From Candidatus Parvarchaeota archaeon (lineage in GTDB: Archaea > Nanobdellota > Nanobdellia > JAAOXT01), in the NCBI GenBank assembly GCA_017609605.1, contig JAFCDO010000003.1, positions 24,470-88,469 of the forward strand: DNA of 64,000 nucleotides, given 5' to 3'. Of this stretch, positions 57,167 through 64,000 are shown in pieces. The notes under the pieces were generated by a model. It was not told the DNA's origin and ran no database searches. It saw only the letters and a list, made by a program, of their open reading frames with translations. Every line of letters starts with the position of its first letter. Position 1 is the first letter of the stretch. The position numbers and the translations under genes were made by a program.

Positions 57167-57721
57167 ATGTATGAAATTGTTTCGATTAAGGATAGGATTC
57201 GCGTTCCACCACACCTTTTCAAAGATAAGTTAGAGGATTCAGTGGAAGGAGCCATTAAAGATGGTTACGAAGGCATTTTTGACAGAAAAATAGGGGTCTT
57301 GCTGTTGAACATAAGTGTTAACAGCATTGGTGAAGGAGTAATCTTACCAGGGGATGGAGCGGTTTATTATGACGCCGAGTTCGACATGTTAGTGTGGAAG
57401 CCAGAATTGCAGGAAATAGTTAAAGGTTTTGTGAGCGAGATAACAGAGTTTGGCGCGTTCATAAGAATAGGTCCTGTTGAGGGAATGGTTCACTTATCTC
57501 AAGTCATGGATGATTTCGTGAGCTATTCAAAAAGCGGGTCCTTGCAAGGCAGGGAATCAAACAGCGTCATAAAAGTGGGCGACCAAGTTGTCGCGCGCAT
57601 CATTGCCATTTCATTTAAGACTAGTGAAACACCAAAAATTGGGTTGACCATGCGACAAAAAGGTCTTGGCAAGCCGGAATGGTGGGTTGAGAAAACCAAG
57701 AAAAAAGGTGATGAAAAATGA
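57167..57721 (+). CDS. rpoE1: RNA polymerase subunit Rpo7 (E')
   Basis: IRVPP, GDGAVYY, EFGAFIRIGP, IGLTMRQ. Confidence 0.96.
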   Translation: MYEIVSIKDRIRVPPHLFKDKLEDSVEGAIKDGYEGIFDRKIGVLLLNISVNSIGEGVILPGDGAVYYDAEFDMLVWKPELQEIVKGFVSEITEFGAFIRIGPVEGMVHLSQVMDDFVSYSKSGSLQGRESNSVIKVGDQVVARIIAISFKTSETPKIGLTMRQKGLGKPEWWVEKTKKKGDEK

Positions 57722-57906
57722 GTGAAAAAGCATGCATTAAATGTCATGTACTTACTGAAACCAAGGAATGCCCTATCTGTAATGGAAGAGATTTCACTGA
57801 CAAGTTCACTGGCGTGGCAATAATTTTTAATCCTGAAAAATCTGAGATTGCTAAAGAACTGAAAGCTGAAAGAAAAGGGGCTTACGCCCTCAGGATAAGA
57901 AAATAA
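57718..57906 (+). CDS. spt4: Transcription elongation factor Spt4 (RpoE'')
   Basis: ACIKC..CPIC, SEIAK, GAYALRI. Confidence 0.95.
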   Translation: MSEKACIKCHVLTETKECPICNGRDFTDKFTGVAIIFNPEKSEIAKELKAERKGAYALRIRK

Positions 57907-57920
57907 AGAGTTAAAAACAA

Positions 57921-58364
57921 ATGGAAAAAAGTAAACCTAAAAAAGAAGAGAAAGAATCTGTCAAGAAAGAAGAGATTCAAAAAGAAGAAGTGAAGACAGA
58001 AGAGACTAGCTCGAAAACAGATGAGAAAAAGAAGTCCAAACCTTTTAAGATTAAGGTTGTTGAGAAGAAGGAGAATAAGCTTTTGGGCAGGGAAGAAGTT
58101 TTTTTCGAAATCAATTTCAAAGAGTCCAGCACTCCTCGAAGAGAGGATGTTAGGAGCAAGCTTATAGCGACAATTAACTCTAAGCCAGGCTTAACAATTA
58201 TACTTCCTCTTAAAACAAGTTTTGGCAGGACTATTGCGTTAGGCGCGGCTCACGTTTATAAGGATGAGAAACAGATGAGGCGAGTCTGTTTGCATTACTT
58301 GTTGGTTCGTTCAGGACTGGCCGAGAAGAAAGCCAAGAAAAAGAAGAAAGGGGTGAAGAAGTAA
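57921..58364 (+). CDS. rps24e: 30S ribosomal protein S24e with charged N-terminal extension
   Basis: [19 protein letters not shown]...G.A.VY. Confidence 0.9.
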   Translation: MEKSKPKKEEKESVKKEEIQKEEVKTEETSSKTDEKKKSKPFKIKVVEKKENKLLGREEVFFEINFKESSTPRREDVRSKLIATINSKPGLTIILPLKTSFGRTIALGAAHVYKDEKQMRRVCLHYLLVRSGLAEKKAKKKKKGVKK

Positions 58365-58366
58365 GA

Positions 58367-58669
58367 ATGGCAGAAGAAGAGCCTACTGTTGAAGCTCCAG
58401 TAAGCGCTGTTAAGAAGAAGGAGGCTAAGGGGAAGAAGATTCGTACGAAGCGCCCGACGAGCAAGAAATGGAGTTTTTATAAGGTTGAGGGTGGTAAGGT
58501 TTCTAAGTCTAGGAAGAGTTGCCCTAAGTGCGGTCAAGCCACTTTCCTCGCGTCGCACAAGAACCGTGAGTCTTGCGGTAAGTGTGGTTACACAGTGTTT
58601 AAGACAAGCCCAAAACCCGAACCGGAGGCAAAACCTGAAAGCACGCCCGAACCAGTGAAGCAGCAATAA
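58367..58669 (+). CDS. rps27ae: 30S ribosomal protein S27ae
   Basis: [22 protein letters not shown]. Confidence 0.93.
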   Translation: MAEEEPTVEAPVSAVKKKEAKGKKIRTKRPTSKKWSFYKVEGGKVSKSRKSCPKCGQATFLASHKNRESCGKCGYTVFKTSPKPEPEAKPESTPEPVKQQ

Positions 58670-58708
58670 ATCTAAAACTTTTTTAACCCAGAAAAACAAG
58701 ATTTTATC

Positions 58709-61700
58709 ATGCCTAGTGTAACATCTGATGAAAGCGTTGAAGAGATTAAACTGCCACATAATCTCACAACATTTTTTGACAAAGATCTAAAAGAGATAAT
58801 CCTTATTGATAAAAAGAAAATCCCTATTGATGAAGCGTTAATAACGATAACTTCCCCATTAATAGACAGTACGAATCTAGGAAGAATCGTTAGCACCAGA
58901 ATAAAAATGCTATCAGGGGTTGGGGCAGTATCCAAACCAGTAATAAAAAACAATCAAATAACCCTAGAATTTCTGGAACAAGTAAAAGACGTATTAAAGG
59001 AATACAAGCCAAACTTCATGATAAAAGGAGAAACAATTCCTTTCCTCCAAATAGAAGTCAAAAAAAATGATGTCATAATCACTGCAGGAAGCCAGACAAC
59101 TTCCTTCAAAGAGAATGGGGAAGAACTATTATCCTTCGACCAAAGAAACACTGGGCCAAGACTGTTCGACGTAACTCAAACTTCAGGAGAAATAACAGTC
59201 AATCCAAAAAAATTGGAAACAAACAAAGGGCTAGTTGACTTCAAACAAAAAACAAAGGAAAAAAAAACGGAAAGAGAGATATCAGTTGAGAAAACGAAAC
59301 AACGTGAAGAAAAAAAAGGAATTAGCGTCGCGTTGGAGAAAATCAATAGTTTAATCTTAATGTTCAGAAAAGCTCCCGGATTAGAGCTTTTCAAAGAAGT
59401 AATGAATGCTTTAACCGAGAACGCCAATCGAATAGATAAAAAGAATTTATCCCGATTTAATTCACGATTAACTCAAATCATTTCCGCTTGGCTGGAAAAA
59501 GAACAATTAGGTGTGGCAATCCAAATCTTGGATTTATTAATAAAATACAATAAGTTACTAATCGAAAGAAAGTTGGATAACCAAACAGTTAAAACCATTT
59601 TGGGTATAAGGGGAGGAAGGATAACATCTTGGATTCCTAGATTAAGTAAGAATGAAATAAGTTTAGAGCAATTGTCGGATATTATAATAGATTATTTGCT
59701 GGATTCTATAGCTTCAGAACAGACGGGCGGTGAAAAGATTATCGCTCAAACAATTAATATTAACTTCCTAAACACAGCCATTGAGTACGTGGCTTCAAAC
59801 AAAACACCTGAAAACATCGGAATCCTGATGGAACACTTAGGAAAAATAAGGTTTATACCAGACTTTGAATTAGACTCAAAACTCATAAAAGATATCGAAA
59901 ATAGATTGAAAGCATTATCTGGCAAAGAACCAGTTCCTACTCCTTCAGACCCGCATGTTTCGGACAAAAAAATAAAGAAACTAAAAGAGATTTCAGAAGA
60001 GCTTGAAAAATTAAGAGAACACATTCAAAAACTAAAAATATCTAATTTCATATCCAAAAAAGGCATTGCAAAAAAAGGTGAATACGCAAAGATAAAAAAA
60101 GGATTCCAAAAAGCGTGGGAGAAAATAAAAAAACTCTCCAAAGAAGGGCTCGAAGACATGCCAGGACAATACCTTGAATTGTTCGACGAACTATTTGAAA
60201 CACGAAAACAACTTTTGGATAAATCCTACACCATTTATAGAGGCTTACTCGACAATATTTACAAATACTTCAACGAATCGGATTTAAAAAAGATAAAAGA
60301 AGTCAAAGATTACTTCCCCCAACTTCTTCTAAGCGAATCCCAAATGTTAAGCGAGTACGTTGAATTTCTTAAAGAAGAAGGAACAAAGAAAAGTGTTCGT
60401 AAAGGATTTGAGCATTATTACGTTGGAAAAATAGAGTATTACACTAATAATTTAAGAGAGATAAAAAAGTATGTCTCGAACATTCCAGAAATAACCAAAA
60501 AAGAGGATTTTAACGAACTATCCTTTTTAATCACTGAAATAGACACGACATCAAAAAGAATTGAACAACTCATAGAACAACTTATAACTAATTCTAGAGC
60601 AAGTCAACCAAGACCACAACCCCCTTACATTGAAATGTGTTTGGAAAACCTGGAAAGCTTGCTAAGCAGTATCCAAAAAACGATCTTGCAACAAGGAACA
60701 AGACAAATCTTCGAAAAATCCTCAAGAGAATTATCAAGATTGAATAATAAATTATTTGAATTCGTTGAAACATGGCAACTCAATAAAGAAACCAAAAAAA
60801 GAGTTCTTGAACGACTTAACATTTATCAGAAAAAACTTGAAGCTTCCATAGAGCAAACATCAAAAAAGAAGGACCAGACATCTCTAAAAGATCAGTTCTA
60901 CTTGCTTGAAGTCCTTCTTAGAAAATTGATGAAGAAAAACAAAACCAGAATAAAAAAGTTTGAACAAAAACCATTAACTCTCATCCCACCTGCAGAAGAA
61001 CCAGAAGACACTGGCTTGATAAGCGAAGAACCATCAGCAGAAGAGCATGTTTCTCCATCACCAGCTTTGGATTTCAGTAAACTAAACGAACTACTCGGAT
61101 ATATTGCAGCGAACTTAAGCGAGCTATTGAATAATAATTTCATAAAAAAATATGGTTTCAAACCCGAACCTGTCGAAGAAGCGATAAAATACGCGAATCA
61201 AATCATTGAAGCAGTAGAAAAATATTCTCCAGACAAGCTAAAACCAAAATTGCAAGAAAACTACAATAGCTTTGTAAAATCTTTGACAGGTGTTCATGAT
61301 GAATTACTGCTCATTTACTCAAAAGAAAAAAAAGGGCAAGAACTGTTCCAACTAAAAGAAGTAGGATTTGTTCTGCAAGATATCAATAATTTGAAAACAA
61401 CTCTTTTTGCAGACCAAAAAGTGACTCAAGAAAAAATAGACAACATTGTTGTAGGATTGAACAATTTATTCTTTCACTTGGACCAATTCACGAATAAACT
61501 GAACGATATTATTTTGCAACCAAAACCTTTAACACCAGAAATCCCTCTAAAAAAAGAAGAAAAAACCCTACCCCTTCCTCCAACTCGTAAACCATTTAAT
61601 TGGAACGAACTCTTACAAGAACTAAATAAGGTAGGAACTGTTTTAACCGGAATAAAAAATTCAGATACAGAAAAGGTGTTAGGGTTATCTGGACTGCAAG

Positions 61701-64000
61701 AACTCATCACGTCAATCGACAACGCTTCAGGTACCATAACTTCTGGCGTTTTTATCAATATTCAAAGAAGCTTAAAAGGAATAATTCCAAGAACTGCCGA
61801 GCTTACTCGTTTATTAGAACCTGTTACCCTGAGAATCACTGACAAAAACTTTGAACGCGCTTTGAACAAAATCAAGAGTTTTGGGCTGCCAGCAAGTTTT
61901 TACGGCAGGTTGACGACCATTGACGAGCGCGAACTAAACCAAACGGGAATCAAAAAAGCTTCAGAATACGTCAAAAAAACATTGCTAGAAGGCTTGGAAG
62001 AAATCAAAAAAATACTCGAAAACTTCACGCCAAAACCAGTAACACCTCCAAAACCAAGTGTTGACCTAAAAGTCTTAAAACCCTTTCTTGAAAACATTAG
62101 AAAAACCTTGGAAACCTGTTCCAAACATGAATTTACCCTAACCCATTCAAATTTCAAAGAAATTATTGAAAAAGTTAAGACACTCGTTGAAGGAATAGTT
62201 AATGGTTTGGGGAGTGATTTCAAAACAATTATCAAACAATTAGAATTTCTTAGAGTTTACACATCTGAAATCTACGGCTTCTTGGTAATGCAATCAAATG
62301 ATAAAGCATTCAGAGACTGGTTTGGCAAAGAGAAGAAAAGTTTTGACAAAAACCTAGAAGCCCTACGAGAATTCGTGAACAACCCAGACATGCTCAGCTT
62401 CTATACAGGGGACGCTAACAAACTGGAATCGGCAAAAAAAGCTTTGAAAAAACTGAATGACGCTTTAGAAAACTTATGCGTCATGCTTAAAGACTGGAAA
62501 CCACCTCGACGCGAAATTCCTTCTATCCCCCCAGAAACCCCCCTAAAAGCAGAACCTGAAACAAAAACTGAATCCGAACTCAAACTTGACAAACTCATCG
62601 AAAAAATCGGGGAAATAAGTTTAACAATAGAAGACCTGCAAAAAATACCAAAGGTTCGACAAACAAACACAAAGCAAGTTGTCGATGTACTCAACATATG
62701 GAAAAGAATATTCAGTATAAGAAAACTAACGGACACAACAAGACAAACCGAAAAGATAGGTTTTTCCCAAACATTCTTCCAAGCCATACAAGCACTATCC
62801 ACAAACCTATTCAACGAACTGCAAAACACTTTCAAAGAAATGTACGCGAACAGACAAGCAATCCTAACCCAAAACCTGCAAGGACTCAACAAATCCTGCC
62901 AAGAAATAATTGGATTGTTATCAAACCCTACACAGGATAACATAAACCGAGCAGTTGAAAAACTAGGTGTTAAAGGAAATTTCTTGACAAAACTCTTCAA
63001 CGCAAAAGAAATACTGGAAACCTACCCGCTAGAAGATTATTACCTAAAAATCAATCATTCAATTGAGGAACTCAAAAACCTAAAAAAAGAAGATATCATA
63101 AACAGGCTTTCAAGAATCGCAAGCATAACTAAAAGAATTTACTTGTACTGCGATGAACTCAAAAAATCTGCGGAAAGTCTAAAAGAAGATTATTATGAAA
63201 AACTTGAAGAACTGGGCAAAGAATTCTTCGACTCTGCAATAAAATGGTTCAATAAACATGAAATAACCCCAACTACTTCGGGTTTAGACAAACTTTCAGA
63301 ACAACTCCAATACTTAATCCAATGTTTAGATGGAGTGAAAAAAGCTGAAAAAACTAGGGAAAAAGCTGAAGAATTATTGGCGATCACACGAAGGATAACA
63401 ACAACTCCTGCCTCAACCCCTTTAACGACCACGAAACCAGGAGAAACGAGAACATCAATAGACTTGAATTCCGAAGAGTTCAAAAAAGCGTTCGACAAGC
63501 TCCAAGAAAGCCTAGCAGAACTAGCAATCCTAACTGAAGGCCTTTTACGAGACGTTTCGGAAACACAACAACAAACAGTTCAAAACCTCATGCAACAAAT
63601 GTTCAAAACACAAAACCAGATAATTCAAGGAATCAACACTCAAATACAACTACCCTTCATCGAACAAAACCTAATAAATACGATACAAGTCTTCACAACA
63701 ACAGTGAGTCAACTACTCGTCCTGATACCTGACAAGGAGTTACACGACAACATAGTCAACGAAACAAGAAAAATAAATAAGGAAATAAAACAATACCACC
63801 TCAGAAACGTTTTCAACCAAGAAAAACTCACTCCAAAATACGTTGAAACAATAGCGAAAAAAATCAAGGACGACTTAGGCTTAATTATAACAGCGATAAA
63901 AGAATACCTGCAAAAAACGGTAGAAAAACCCGAACCCAAAAGCTATGAAGATAGAGTAAAACGTGTAAACGAGCTAATCAAAGAATTCAGAAAACAAAAA
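58709..64000 (+). CDS. Giant hypothetical protein (more than 1760 aa, 3'-truncated by window), helical domains joined by Pro-rich linkers
   Basis: ATG 58709 (MPSVTSDESVEEIKLP...). Frame is open in every stretch I translated, including the last line, and the ORF track lists no closed ORF in this frame; K/E/L/I-rich. Confidence 0.85.
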   Translation, partial: MPSVTSDESVEEIKLPHNLTTFFDKDLKEIILIDKKKIPIDEALITITSPLIDSTNLGRIVSTRIKMLSGVGAVSKPVIKNNQITLEFLEQVKDVLKEYKPNFMIKGETIPFLQIEVKKNDVIITAGSQTTSFKENGEELLSFDQRNTGPRLFDVTQTSGEITVNPKKLETNKGLVDFKQKTKEKKTEREISVEKTKQREEKKGISVALEKINSLILMFRKAPGLELFKEVMNALTENANRIDKKNLSRFNSRLTQIISAWLEKEQLGVAIQILDLLIKYNKLLIERKLDNQTVKTILGIRGGRITSWIPRLSKNEISLEQLSDIIIDYLLDSIASEQTGGEKIIAQTININFLNTAIEYVASNKTPENIGILMEHLGKIRFIPDFELDSKLIKDIENRLKALSGKEPVPTPSDPHVSDKKIKKLKEISEELEKLREHIQKLKISNFISKKGIAKKGEYAKIKKGFQKAWEKIKKLSKEGLEDMPGQYLELFDELFETRKQLLDKSYTIYRGLLDNIYKYFNESDLKKIKEVKDYFPQLLLSESQMLSEYVEFLKEEGTKKSVRKGFEHYYVGKIEYYTNNLREIKKYVSNIPEITKKEDFNELSFLITEIDTTSKRIEQLIEQLITNSRASQPRPQPPYIEMCLENLESLLSSIQKTILQQGTRQIFEKSSRELSRLNNKLFEFVETWQLNKETKKRVLERLNIYQKKLEASIEQTSKKKDQTSLKDQFYLLEVLLRKLMKKNKTRIKKFEQKPLTLIPPAEEPEDTGLISEEPSAEEHVSPSPALDFSKLNELLGYIAANLSELLNNNFIKKYGFKPEPVEEAIKYANQIIEAVEKYSPDKLKPKLQENYNSFVKSLTGVHDELLLIYSKEKKGQELFQLKEVGFVLQDINNLKTTLFADQKVTQEKIDNIVVGLNNLFFHLDQFTNKLNDIILQPKPLTPEIPLKKEEKTLPLPPTRKPFNWNELLQELNKVGTVLTGIKNSDTEKVLGLSGLQELITSIDNASGTITSGVFINIQRSLKGIIPRTAELTRLLEPVTLRITDKNFERALNKIKSFGLPASFYGRLTTIDERELNQTGIKKASEYVKKTLLEGLEEIKKILENFTPKPVTPPKPSVDLKVLKPFLENIRKTLETCSKHEFTLTHSNFKEIIEKVKTLVEGIVNGLGSDFKTIIKQLEFLRVYTSEIYGFLVMQSNDKAFRDWFGKEKKSFDKNLEALREFVNNPDMLSFYTGDANKLESAKKALKKLNDALENLCVMLKDWKPPRREIPSIPPETPLKAEPETKTESELKLDKLIEKIGEISLTIEDLQKIPKVRQTNTKQVVDVLNIWKRIFSIRKLTDTTRQTEKIGFSQTFFQAIQALSTNLFNELQNTFKEMYANRQAILTQNLQGLNKSCQEIIGLLSNPTQDNINRAVEKLGVKGNFLTKLFNAKEILETYPLEDYYLKINHSIEELKNLKKEDIINRLSRIASITKRIYLYCDELKKSAESLKEDYYEKLEELGKEFFDSAIKWFNKHEITPTTSGLDKLSEQLQYLIQCLDGVKKAEKTREKAEELLAITRRITTTPASTPLTTTKPGETRTSIDLNSEEFKKAFDKLQESLAELAILTEGLLRDVSETQQQTVQNLMQQMFKTQNQIIQGINTQIQLPFIEQNLINTIQVFTTTVSQLLVLIPDKELHDNIVNETRKINKEIKQYHLRNVFNQEKLTPKYVETIAKKIKDDLGLIITAIKEYLQKTVEKPEPKSYEDRVKRVNELIKEFRKQK

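Noticed and set aside
1..64000. Numerous antisense and alternate-frame ORFs in the ORF track (e.g. 62401..63000, 48588..49091, 16629..17126)
   Set aside because: They are shadows of well-supported genes, with S/F/L-rich composition typical of the reverse of K/E-rich coding sequence.

Overview
Archaeal chromosome segment, most consistent with a small-genome DPANN-type archaeon (inferred from gene content and style; no rRNA in the window). 1-11.1 kb is the distal part of a co-oriented cluster of pilin-like and Cys-rich surface proteins. 11-58.7 kb is mostly housekeeping: Alba, FKBP, ftsZ1-secE-spt5-L11/L1/L10/L12, nucS, leuS, endA, prs, glyS, pheST, hjc, pyrH, hisS, valS, minD, ftsZ2, gatDE and rpoE1-spt4-S24e-S27ae. 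It also holds three tRNAs (Arg-TCT, Thr-CGT, His-GTG) and many interspersed ORFans. Several things are missed or unexplained by the ORF track. (1) A solo TnpB with a rearranged RuvC site, a structured 3' omega-RNA-like region and recoverable element ends. (2) A candidate C/D-box sRNA with complementarity to 23S helix 92. (3) A frameshifted, Walker-A-degenerate RecA/KaiC-fold gene. (4) An internally deleted AlaX. (5) A palindromic operator set between an Lrp/AsnC regulator and gatDE. (6) secE. (7) A giant ORF of more than 1760 aa (helical domains with Pro linkers) running off the right edge. No CRISPR array was seen. All calls come from motif recognition by eye, with no database searches.
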